64,000 bases of DNA from Octopus sinensis (GCF_006345805.1 NC_043012.1:3348001-3412000), one strand, 5' to 3'. Positions 25,664 through 37,030 are shown, counted from the first letter of the stretch. Made by a program: numbers and translations. Notes: a model not told the origin generated them from the sequence alone.

Positions 25664-25665
<2 letters not shown>

Positions 25666-25726
<61 letters not shown>

Positions 25727-26518
25727 TATACGTACACACACATACATACATACATTCATACTTTCATTCATACACACATACATACATACACACACACAAA
25801 CATACACATACACACTCACACATACATACACACACACATACCTACATACACACTCGCATGCACACACATGCATGCGCGCGCGTGCACGCACACATACATA
25901 CATGCATGCACGCATGTGGGGTCTGACTTTATTTCGGGCGTACGTCTGGGCATGTGCGTGTGCGCCTGTAGATTCGCATGCGCCCGGCACCGCGAGAGTC
26001 TTTTCCATCAATCTTTCAGTTGCGAAGTGTGTCCTTGCATGCATATATATACACACATATAAACATATAAACACACATATAAGCACAGGCACACACATAC
26101 ATACGCACACCAAAACATGCGCACACATACGCACACACGCGCGCAAAAAGAAACTCACAACCCCATGGATACACGCATATACATCCATTTACGCTTACAC
26201 ACACATACAAACGCACACATACACGCACACACATACAAACGCACATACATACACACGCACACACAAATGAACCCACACATACATCCCATACGGCACACAA
26301 CCATACATACACGCATACACATACATACACGCACACACATACATACACGCACACAATTATACATACGTATATATACACACACACGCACGTACAAGCACAC
26401 ACACATACACTAAGTTAAGCACAGTTACTTGCCATACACACAAAATAACGCACACGTACACACACACATACTACAACAAAACACACACACGATACATATA
26501 CACGCACACACACATACC
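25666..26518. repeat. (TA)n followed by ~790 bp of mosaic CA/TACA/CG alternating purine-pyrimidine repeat
   Basis: Source of the stop-free HT/YI/CV-rich ORFs in this interval. Confidence 0.9.
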
Positions 26519-26519
26519 T

Positions 26520-26946
26520 CCCTGTTTCTGACCTGCCTTCCTGACTTGCTAGGGTACGCCCCCACATCACTCCTTAATTCTACTACTGCCTGCTACTAGC
26601 CATTGTCCACCATACACACACGCACACACTCACACACACACCCTTGTCATCTCGCACACCTTTTTTACCATTCCTTCTTTGATTCAGCTCTCTTGTTTTT
26701 AAAAACATTTTCCTCCATTTTTACCACTTCCGTCTTTTTAGTATGTGACCTCGTGAATACTACCTGCAATTTTTTTTCCTCTGTCCTCCCGTCTCGGGAT
26801 CTTTCTTTACTCCTATGTTTCCGACGAAGAGCTCCGCTCGAAACGTCAAACCCTCCTTCTTCCCTTCTTTCCTGAGCGTCCAATAATACTTTATTTGTTC
26901 CACATCCTTGTGTTGTTGTCTTTTTGTTTTCTTGTTTGGATTAACT
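26520..26946 (+). mobile_element. TA-tailed pyrimidine-rich element with minimal HHR-like motif
   Basis: Motif at 26817-51 lies ~95 nt upstream of a TA tract, the same layout as 1145-1390. Confidence 0.45.
26817..26851 (+). ncRNA. Minimal hammerhead-like motif
   Basis: GTTT-CCGACGA-A-GAGC-TCC-GCTC-GAAA-CG-TC-AAAC: stems I and II pair, stem III reduced to CG, core has U4>C. Confidence 0.4.
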
Positions 26947-26957
26947 TTATATATATA

Positions 26958-26988
<31 letters not shown>

Positions 26989-27172
26989 ATATATATAGAG
27001 AGAGAGATAGATATAGATATATATATTAGAGAGAGAGAGAGATATAGATATATATATAGATATAGATATAGATATATATATAGTATATATATATAGATAG
27101 ATATAGAGATATATATATAGATATATATATATAGATGTAGATATATAGATGTAGATATATATATATATAATA

Positions 27173-27215
<43 letters not shown>

Positions 27216-27219
27216 TATA

Positions 27220-28720
27220 TAACTTAGAATAACTTAGAAAGGTTTTTGGCCAGTATTGGCCCAGGCCATGTCTAACTTAATAGCACCACCTGGCGAAGTC
27301 TTTCAGTTCAGGATTTGGGCACCAAGGCCCATTCGAGCAGAGAGTTATTGTTTGCAGAGACATATCCGGGTGTGGGTGGTTTGTCCGTACTGTTTGAAGG
27401 AATTTGTCCAAAGACTTCTTGAATTTTGTGTGGTCAGTTTCTTTTTTTGACGTGTCCTGGTGTAATGTTGAAGAGAGCGGGTCCAATTGAGGTGAAATAG
27501 TTGTGCCGTATTGTCGTTATGTGATGCGATTTAGATTTTTGTTGTGGACGGATGGCACGTGGTCCAAGCCTTGGATGCATTTTGAAGGTGATGCCAACAT
27601 CATTCGGACAGTGCTGATGAAATATTTTCCACATCATACAGATAATGTAGCGTTCACGGCGTCGTTGGAGTGAATACAATTTCAGCTTCTCTAGTCTACC
27701 CCAGTAGTCAAGGTCTGACATGCCATCTATCTTTTTTGTGATTGACCTTTGGGGAGCTTCAATTCTCATAATATTTTGTTTTGTGTAGGGAGACCACAGT
27801 GGACAGCAGTATTCAAGGTGGGGTCGGGCAAAAGTAGAGAAGAGAAGGATAATAGCGTGGGAATCTCTCGACTGGAAGGTTCTGAGAATCCAGGAACACA
27901 TTCTGCGGGCCATGTCAACTTTGCTGCTTATATGTGTAGCCCAGCTTATGTTGTTGTCCACTGTTACTCCCAGGTCTCTGATGTTGTTGGATGCCATGAG
28001 AATTTCTCCAGAAGGAAGAGAGTATGGGAGTTTCAGAGCGTCCTCCCTTCCAAAGTGGATCAGTTCGAATTTGTCTTCATTTAGCAACATGTTATTCTTT
28101 TCCGCCCATTGGACAACAGCCAGTAGGTCTGACTGAAGGTTTATTCGGTCATCCACGCCATTGATGACCTTCTGGAGCTTGGAATCATCAGCGAAGGTTC
28201 TGATGTGCTGTGTTTGATGGTGTCCAGTAATATCATTTATGTAGATGATGAAGAGAAGTGGGCCCAACACAGTGCCTTGTGGGACACCACTGCTGACTTT
28301 GGCTGGGCTGGATTTGACTCCTTCGACTACATGTTGGGTTCTGTTAGAGAGGAAGCACTTGATCCATTGCAGCAGCTTTCCAGTGACACCAATATTGGAC
28401 AGCTTTCTCAGAAGGATCTTATGATCAACCCTGTCAAAGGCCTTGCTGAAATCAAGGTAGATGACATCAGTGTTGGAACCCTCTCCCAAGGCTCTCAAAA
28501 TGTCATCAAAATGATGCAGTAGCTGCGTCAGGCAATCTCTCCCATTACGGAATCCATGCTGGTTGGGGTTCAGCATATTATGACTCTCAAGGAAGTGAGT
28601 CATACGCGATCTCAGCACCCTCTCAAATACCTTGATGATATGAGAGGTGAGTGAGATTGGACGGTAATTCACGGCAAGCGATTTGTTTCCTTTTTTGAAA
28701 ACTGGGACAACAGACTGGGA
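27220..28720 (-). mobile_element. Young 5'-truncated CR1-group LINE with near-intact reverse transcriptase
   Basis: 412-aa ORF 27434-28672: [53 protein letters not shown]; one frameshift near 27440; tail (TTCTAAGTTA)2; embedded between TA/GATA tracts. Confidence 0.9.
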
Positions 28721-28954
28721 TAGATGTAGATATATATATTTAGAGGTAGATATATATATATAGATATATATATAGATAGATGTAGATATATATATATAGA
28801 TATATATATAGATAGATGTAGATATATATATATAGATATATATATATAGATAGATGTAGATATATATATATAGATAGATGTAGATATATACATAGATATA
28901 TATATATAGATAGATGTAGATTATATATAGATATAGATATATATATATAGAGGT

Positions 28955-29011
<57 letters not shown>

Positions 29012-29012
29012 A
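28721..29012. repeat. TAGA/TA compound microsatellite
   Basis: Repeated GATAGATGTAGATATATATATA units grading into pure TA. Confidence 0.9.
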
Positions 29013-29047
29013 TATAAATAGAAAAAAGCAACAAGAATGGATTAAAA

Positions 29048-29134
29048 TCTCGGTACGATCGTTTCGTACGAGGACATCTTTAATAAGCTACAAAAATGCA
29101 GTGAATACAGATGGCTCGTACTCGTCAGCCGAAA
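29048..29134 (-). ncRNA. Mirror-image type I hammerhead motif in the other fold-back arm
   Basis: Reverse complement of 29324-29411 apart from one fewer T in the loop II T-run; all core and stem positions intact. Confidence 0.75.
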
Positions 29135-29323
29135 AAATATCAGAGAATTCCCAAACATCAAAAGGGGTAGATACAAAAGAGGTTGTAAGATTAACTGCAT
29201 TGAAGAAAGATCGATTCATGGAGATCCGATGAATCTCCATGAATCGATCTTTCTTCAATGCAGTTAATCTTACAACCTCTTTTGTATCTACCCCTTTTGA
29301 TGTTTGGGAATTCTCTGATATTT

Positions 29324-29411
29324 TTTCGGCTGACGAGTACGAGCCATCTGTATTCACTGCATTTTTTGTAGCTTATTAAAGATGTCCTCGTACGAAACGA
29401 TCGTACCGAGA
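29324..29411 (+). ncRNA. Type I hammerhead ribozyme motif (Penelope/retrozyme style), sense to INTS14
   Basis: Stem I TTTCGG(29324-29)/CCGAGA(29406-11); core CTGACGA 29330-36; stem II GTACGAG(29337-43)/CTCGTAC(29387-93), extended by CATCT/AGATG; GAAA 29394-97; palindromic stem III C-GATC-G; GTA triplet, predicted cut after 29405. Confidence 0.75.
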
Positions 29412-30139
29412 TTTTAATCCATTCTTGTTGCTTTTTTCCTATTTATAATCACCCCACTTGTCGTATGGTTAACACCATATAGATATCCGGTGCATCCTAG
29501 TTAAGGACCATATTCATGTGAATTCTTTAGAATTCACTAGAATCTCAATTACTTAACCGTATATATATATATATATATTTATTGAGAGAAGGACGAGATG
29601 GACGCTTCATTTTTGTGCTGTTGCCGCATTATATCGTACGCGAATGAGAGGATTTGCATCCCCAACATAGAATTTTTGATGTAATACATGTCCTTGAGGT
29701 AGTAATTGTGCGCGGCTGAAGAAGGCCATAGACACATATTATGCATTGTTACAAATCCGTCTAATAAAGGCTCGAAACATATAGATATATAGATATATAT
29801 ATATATATAGATATATACATATGTGTATGTGTATATATATATATATGTGCGTGTGTGTGCGTGTATGTATGTATATGTATGTGTATATGTGTATATATAT
29901 ATGTATATCATCATCGTTTAACGTCCGTTCTCCATGCTAGCATGGGTTATATATATATATATGTGTGTGTGTGTGTATTTGTATGTATGTGTGTGTGTGT
30001 GTTTGTTTGTATGTATATTTGTATGTATGTGTGTGTGTGTGTTTGTTTGTATGTATATACATGTGCGTATGTATGTATATATATGTATATTCGCATGTGT
30101 ATGTATGTGTGTTTTTATGTATATTTATTTTATATGTTT

Positions 30140-30605
30140 TTTCATGTATATTTATCTACTTCTTCCCTCCACTTAACAAACTGCCTACCTCCTCTTGACC
30201 ACCAAAAAGCAATTGTCTCCTAATTTACCTAAAACCCCATCCCATATATCTGATTCTATTCAATTATTCTATTTATTCATTTATTCATTCATTTTATCAC
30301 TGATTCTTCTCATTTCAAAGGAACACTCTGGCCTTTTGACCACTCCCCTAAGAACAATAGCCTGTGCCCTGTTTATCTCCTAAATACCAACTTACCCAAA
30401 AAACGTCCCCCACCACCACCCCATTAAATCTGCCTAAATGTATAAATACCAGACCTTATTTTGACAGCCAGCTTCCTGAAGATTTCATCTGAATGAAACA
30501 GTTCTAGTCCTGTAGAAGCTCCTTCTATAAAATAAATTACTTTACTCTGCTATGTATTGAGTACCTTATTTACTGTGGTTAACCCCGACTCAACCCGGGA
30601 CCTAC
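30140..30605 (+). mobile_element. TA-tailed element with type I hammerhead (Penelope-like terminal repeat)
   Basis: HHR at 30470-30520 is followed by 85 nt and a TA tract; 5' boundary approximate. Confidence 0.55.
30470..30520 (+). ncRNA. Type I hammerhead motif, second family
   Basis: Stem I AGCTTC(30470-75)/GAAGCT(30515-20) perfect; CTGAAGA 30476-82; weak stem II TTC(A)/(T)GAA with T-T at its base; GAAA 30495-98; stem III CAG/CTG closing an 8-nt loop; GTA triplet 30512-14. Confidence 0.6.
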
Positions 30606-30667
30606 ATATTATATATATATATATATATTATATATAGATATATATATATATATATAATATATATATA

Positions 30668-30935
30668 TAGGGAGAGTTTACGAAAAAAAGAAAAGACGAA
30701 GGCAGGAAGTGTACAAAACAAACAGATGTATTAGTATAACGCTCAGGAATAGAAAAAGTCTTTTACGTTTCAAGCCTACGCTCTTCTGCAGAAAGGGACA
30801 CAGAAAAAGCAAGGTGAGAAAATATTGTATGTAGTGGCTAACTCTATCATGGTGGCTAGTGCTGGACAGAAGGGTCAAACACAGGAAGGAAAGTAGGGGA
30901 GATAACAAGATAAAGATGACCCCCCAACACAAAGG
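30668..30935 (-). mobile_element. TA-tailed element of the 1145-1390 family, tail-to-tail with the previous element
   Basis: Shares the 30606-30667 TA tract; motif at 30759-94. Confidence 0.55.
30759..30794 (-). ncRNA. Minimal hammerhead-like motif with non-canonical core
   Basis: Minus strand TTT-CTGCAGA-A-GAGC-GTAG-GCTT-GAAA-CG-TA-AAAGA. Confidence 0.35.
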
Positions 30936-31905
30936 TGTGTGTATGTATAAGAGAGTATGTATGTGCGTGTGAAAGAGGGCTGATGGTATGTATGTGTAGG
31001 TGTGAAGATGTGGGGATGGGTGTGTGGGTGGTGTGTTGTGATGTGATGTGTAATGTTGTATGGTGTAGTGTGGTGTGATGTTGTTGGGAGGTGGGGGAGG
31101 CGAGAGCGGGGAAATCACGGGTGGGGTGTAGGTTCGGCTGGGGTTTGTGGGTAGGCAGAGGGTGGGGTATGTGGGGAGGGGGTGTGATAGGATGGGGGGG
31201 GAGGGGACGGGAGAGTAGGGGTGGGTGGGTTTATGAGCAGTGTCCTTTGTTTCCCCATCTTCTGTGAAAAGCATGTCTGACCACAGGGGGGGGGAAATAT
31301 TACCTTACTTGGAAGTAGTTGATGGTTGACAACAGGAAGAGCACCTAGCCATAGAGAACATGCGTCAACAAATTCCATCTGACTGTGCAAGCTTGGAAAA
31401 GTGGGTGTTAAAATGTTGATGGTGAAATATTACATCACTTTGTCAAAATATTTTCTCATACATATTTGGCGTGGTCACTAACTATTTCCTTCCGTGTAGA
31501 TATTAATGTCGGTAGCTCATTGGCTCTTTCTTATTAAACTGTGATCTAAGTTTCTTAGTTTTATATGTGGAATATCGTTTAATCCTAGATCTGTTTTGTT
31601 CGAGTAAAGCTCTACTTTCATCTCATGATAATGTTTGTCAAACCCTATTTCACTTTATATATCTACTCAAACACATTGTGAACTTATTTATCTTCACTCA
31701 GCCATACCATTCACACGTACACAACTCAAACAAAGACGTCGTTCTTTTGTTATACTGACTTGTGTTTGGGTGGGGTATTCAGTACAGAATTTTATCACCC
31801 TTCTCAAATCAGTGTTTATTGTGTCACGCCAGAACTCACCTAATTTTCTTATATATCTTGTATATTTGATATGAAATAGAGACATGACAGTGTCATATAT
31901 ACATA

Positions 31906-32136
31906 CAGGGTTGGCCAAAAGTCACCTGAGAGTAAATTCCATAAATACTTAATATTCAATTTTATTTATTCATTCTAATTATGAATGCTTAATAATTGAA
32001 TGCTGTGAATTAAAATTAACCAGTTTTTATCAACATTTGTCTATTTATTAGCAGAGTTTCATATAAAATAATTTTTTGTTTTAATCTGGAATTAAATGGT
32101 TTTGATTTACTGTCAGGTGACTTTTGACCAACCCTG
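31906..32136. mobile_element. Tc1/mariner-type MITE, 231 bp
   Basis: 31-bp TIRs CAGGGTTGG(C/T)CAAAAGTCACCTGA(G/C)AGTAAA with 2 mismatches; TA duplication at 31904-05 and 32137-38. Confidence 0.85.
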
Positions 32137-32273
32137 TATATTTTACTTAAGCATTGTGATACTAATAACCTGGTGTAGAACTCAATATACGTATCCTTTT
32201 GAACAATGTGTTAGTCGAGTACAGAGGGGAAAAGAGATGACAAAGGAATAATGATTATTTTATGAACTTCATT

Positions 32274-32333
32274 AGCTTACAGCTGTTTTCACTATAAGAT
32301 GCCTGAGTAACACCTTACAGCTTCATCAGAGCC
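32274..32333 (-). ncRNA. Slightly degenerate type I hammerhead motif
   Basis: Minus strand reads GGCT-CTGATGA-A-GCTGTAAG-(15 nt)-CTTATAGT-GAAA-A-CAGCTG-TA-AGCT: 4-bp stem I, 8-bp stem II with two G-U, palindromic stem III, GTA triplet; one extra A after GAAA. Confidence 0.5.
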
Positions 32334-33104
32334 TCATGCATGAAGTCATGTTTGAGGCTCTGATGAAACTGTAAGCTGTTACTCAGGCACACTGCTATAA
32401 GTTCACCACATCTTATAGGGGAAACATTTTTGTTCTTATATATTTACACACATGCACACGATCTCCAAGCTTCACTCACTTCTACTCATCTCTTGAGTCT
32501 ACCATGACTCATCATCATCACTATTTCTATGACCTTCCAGCTCTACCTTGGTCAATCCTATCCTCTCTTCTATAATGTGAGTAGTCATGTAGTTCCTCTA
32601 CAGCAAGAAACCTGTTTTGTTCTGGCACCTTCTCTCACATCTTAATCTTCCATTCATTATCATCATCATCATCATTGTTTAACGTCCGTTTTCTATGCTG
32701 GCATGGGTTGGACGGTTTGACTAGGGACTGGCAAGCCAGGAGGCTGCACCAGGCTCCAATCTGATTTAGCAAGGTTTCAAATTGCTTGCTTCTCTCCTGT
32801 GGCCCCACTCAGTCGAAAAGAGTTTTACTCTTGCATGGAAACCTCACTGGTGCTGGTGTCACAAAGAAAACACCCAGTATACATTGTAAAGTGATTAACA
32901 TTAGGAAGGACATCCAGCCATAGAAACCATGCCAAAACAGACATTGTGGCACAAATGTGTGTGTGTGTTATAAAACAATGTACAAGTTTATCTGATGGTA
33001 TTTAATACAGCTCATGATGGTAGCTACAAGAAATGGATCTGAGAGATGATATTATTCTGTTTCATAGCCTGAGAACCTCATTGATTCTTATTTTACGTAG
33101 ATAG

Positions 33105-33375
33105 CCTCATCTGGCACTTGTGTCGGTGGCACATAAAAACACCATCCGAGCGTGGCCGTCTGCCAGCCTCGTCTGGCACCTGTGTCGGTGGCACATAAAA
33201 TCACCCACTACACTCTCGGAGTGGTTGGTGTTAGGAAGGGCATCCAGCTGTAGAAACACTGCCAGATCTGACTGGCCTGGTGCAGCCTTCGGGCTCCCCA
33301 GACTCCAGTTGAACCGTCCAACCCATGCTAGCATGGAAGGCGGACGTTAAATGAGGATGATGATGATGATGATGA
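33105..33375 (+). mobile_element. RTE 3' UTR fragment, two subrepeats, GAT tail
   Basis: Nearly identical to 45025-45283, including the AAATCACCCAC variant. Confidence 0.8.
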
Positions 33376-35057
33376 AGCCTCGTAACCATTTGATGTTTAA
33401 AAAATCCTATTATATTTTTATAGTTAAATATTATTAGGAAATGTATGAAAAAAATTGTTTAGAAGTGTTGTGGTGGTATAACCAATTTTAACTACAAAGT
33501 CTTATATGGACTCCAGTTGAGAAACGCTGTTCTACACAGTCACCCAACCTGCTAGAAACAGCAGCTAAACCTCTCTGAAAGAGGGAAGTATACATTATGT
33601 ATAAAGGTAACTTCAACCAAATTCCGCTTGAAAAATGTCACAGTGGTCATGTCTGGAACATCTTTCAAACATATGTTTGTAATTAAATTTATTTCAGTTG
33701 CAGTATACAAAATTGTTTTGTGTGGGTGTATTTGGCATTCGGTGTGCATATGTGTGTGTAATTTTATCTGTTACTAAGTAATTTCAGATTAGCTATTATC
33801 CGTTGAAAGATAAATTTAAATATGATTCATTATGGTAATACATATTAACATTACTGAGTACCTACTAACCTGCCTAGCCTTAAATTTTTAAGTTTAACCT
33901 AACCTGTTTCAGAAACAGATACATATGTTCTACCCATGTGATTCCAGATTCACCAGAATATTTATATATGAGAAAAACAACAACCTAAGAATTTATTTAT
34001 TTTTCTTTTATTAATGTATGTGTGTGTGTGTTATTATTCAGTTTTATTTCAAGCTTTCTTGCCAGTAGAGAAAGAGCCAGTTTCTAACCTAGATCCAAAG
34101 CTCATTCTTTGGAATTTCATCAACATCAACAGGGTATTTTAGTATGTGTGTGTGCAGTATTTGGAGTCAGTGTTTGTGTAGGTTTGTATGTTTTGTTTTA
34201 TGTATGTATTCTCGTGTGTATAGTTGCATGTTTAGATGGTAAACCTTTGGAAAATTTTACTAACTTTTACAGTTCCAGTGGTGGCTTGGATTTGTAGTCT
34301 TGGAATCAGCTTTCTTCTTTCTAGTTTTGAGAAGCCTAATTTCTCAAGATTGGTGCTTAGACAGTTTGTTGCATATCCCAGTAAACTTCTAATCTGGGTC
34401 GAGTAACTGTTTGATGGCAGTTTTTTTTTTTTTGTATGCCTGAATGTTATGAGGAAGATAGAGACTGCCTACATGTAGAGTTGAGCCTGTGGTTGCCAGT
34501 ACCTGTCACTTTCAATGCTTCTCCATCACTGCATGGGTTTTCTCCCTGCCTGTGCTTAGTATTAAAGTGAGAGCCATGCAATCTAATCCCACACTTTAGA
34601 CTTGGAGGTCTGACCACAGTGACTCAGTGGGTTAAGACAGCTGTGGTCAGGTAGGTGAGATGACAAAGGACCAAGATGCTTGGCATCTTGCTGTACTCAA
34701 GAAGACCTGTACTCCACAGCAGAAGTGTTAAGACCAGTCCCTCTGGTGGTGTAAAGCCCTTGTGGCAGTGTCACATAAAAGTGCCATGTTAAAGCTGCCT
34801 ATGTGGTGCCGTGTAAAAGCATCCATGTGGTGCCATGTAAAAGTGCCCATGCGGTGCCACATGAAAGTACCCAGGACACTTTGTAAAGTGGTTGGTGTTA
34901 GGAAGGGCATGCAGCCATAGAAACCGTGCCAAAGCAGACTGGAGTCTGGTGCAGATCCCCAACTAGCCAGCTCTGGTCAAACTATCCGACCCATGCCAGC
35001 TTGGACAACGGACATTAAATGATGATGATGTGTATGTTTGTGTATACGTATACATGC

Positions 35058-35111
<54 letters not shown>

Positions 35112-36396
35112 ACATAGGAAGTATATTTGTACTGTGAAGTTTGACATGTAACCAAATTCAGGCTGAGTAGTAGAACCCACACTCCACTCATATCTATTAC
35201 AGTATGATGTAGGGGCATCAATCCACAGGATAGGCTAGTGTGCTAAATGTGAGCCATGTAATCGTATTCATAAAATGTAGGAAACATATGGTATTTTATG
35301 CGTTATAAAATATATGCACAACTCTTCAAATTTCTACCAGGATTGCATAACTATTTGTTGAAACATTATGTAATCTTGTTGACTCACCTCCTCAGTGTTA
35401 GCAAAAAAATGCAAGTAACAGTTAAACGCTATATATATAATATAAATTGGACATGGGCGATCGTATTCTTTCTTGTCTTGAGGTTCACAGCCAAACGGCT
35501 GGGTGGAATGGCGTGAAAAATGGCACACATGTGGAGATGGGTGCATAGATTGGAATGCAGTTTGTATTTCTTTCCTAGTCCCCATAGTTACCGAGAAAAT
35601 CGATTAAAACTTTTGCTGATGGAATTCCTCTGTCTGTTCTGCCATTAAAACAACCAGTTGCTCACACAGCTGGCTATTTCGTTAGCAACAAGGGGAGTAC
35701 AGGATGACAGTCAGCCAAAACTTTCATTATGTTGTCTCTCTTCTTTCACCTCTTTGTGAGGTTAATAATCTTAATCTTTAGTTACAGTTTCTCATTCAAA
35801 CTACATAATAGGCAGAATTGTCGGATTAAGACAGTAGGGTGTTTTGAGGGAGATTTGGCTGCTATTTCTACCAGGTCTAGCTACCACGTAGAGGTCTGAA
35901 CTTAATTTTCATTCACATATTTGCATTTCAAAAATTTAACATAATCTTTTCCATAAATCAACTATTGTAAAAATTTTATACGATGACATACACACATGCA
36001 TGCACGCACACACACACACACACATCCATTTCATATATCTTCTTTCAATTTCTGCTCTCTGAAAATAAAATTTTTATGGATACAACTGCTTACAAAAATA
36101 GGGATTAATGTATAATTTCTTTCTATGTTCATAATTAAATCAATGTTTTAATGATTAGACAGAGGTCCAATAGAATAGCTCTCAGAAACAGACTATGTAC
36201 GAATTTGTTCTTCAAACTCCTGAAACTGTTTTCTGACAAGGGGTGGGTCAGGAAATTTTCATACAGCTGAGGCTCCAATCGAAACAGTGGACCCAAAATG
36301 ATATGGTTGAGAAACGCTGTTATAGATTATGCCTAACCGAAAACGATCACAGCCACATCATCCAAACAGACCGAGTGAAACCGAGCTTAGCTGCTT

Positions 36397-36428
<32 letters not shown>

Positions 36429-36436
36429 GTATATAT

Positions 36437-37030
36437 ATCATCATCATCATCATCATCGTTTAACGTCCATTTTCCGCGCTAGCACGGGTTGGACGGTTCG
36501 ACCGGGGTTTGGGAAGCCAGGGGCTGCACCAGGCTCCAGTTTGATCTGGCAGTGTTTCTACAACTGGATGCCCTTCCTAACGCCAACCACTCCATGAGTG
36601 TAGTGGGTGCTTTTTACGTGCCACCGACACAGGTGCCAGAGGGGTCCTCATCGGCCACGATCGGTTGGTGCTTTTAATGTGCCACCGGCACAGAAGCCAG
36701 CCAAGGCGGCGCTGGCATCGGCCACGTTCGGATGGTGCTTTTTATGTGCCACCGGCACAGAAGCCAGTTGAGGCAGCGCTGGCAACGGCCACATTCGGAT
36801 GGTGCTTTTTATGTTCCACCGGCACATGTATCACAACTACTATTTCCATTGATATTTGTTTCGATGTTCATGTTCATGTACTTGACTCAACAGGTTTCCT
36901 CAAGCACAGCGAGATGTTCTGGGATCCAAGGTACTTTGAATGGGCAGGGGCTATGCGGAACTGGTGCTGGAAGCAGCCCGGGTCTTTGCAGTCACAGCAC
37001 ATCTCCAGAGATCTCGGTCCTTCACCATTG
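36437..37030 (-). mobile_element. RTE 3' fragment with subrepeats
   Basis: CAT tail at ~36437; body colinear with 59560-60175. Confidence 0.75.

Larger units (their letters stand above)
29013..29559 (+). mobile_element. TA-flanked fold-back element with paired hammerheads (Penelope-like/retrozyme-like)
   Basis: Arms 29013-29225 and 29233-29447, two 1-nt indels and no substitutions seen; unique ~110-nt extension to the TA tract at 29560. Confidence 0.7.

Noticed and set aside
25529-26413. Long HT-, YI- and CV-rich ORFs (also 29579-30198, 45846-46492, 61062-61445, 3503-4025)
   Set aside because: Translations of microsatellites that lack stop codons.
29226-29232. Loop CCGATGA of the large fold-back as a third hammerhead core
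   Set aside because: Non-canonical, with no downstream GAAA/stem III in register; only a local GATTCAT/ATGAATC hairpin (29213-19/29229-35) spans it.
31694-31918. 74-aa minus-strand ORF with protein-like composition
   Set aside because: Start lies in a MITE TIR; no recognisable motif or coherent splice pair.
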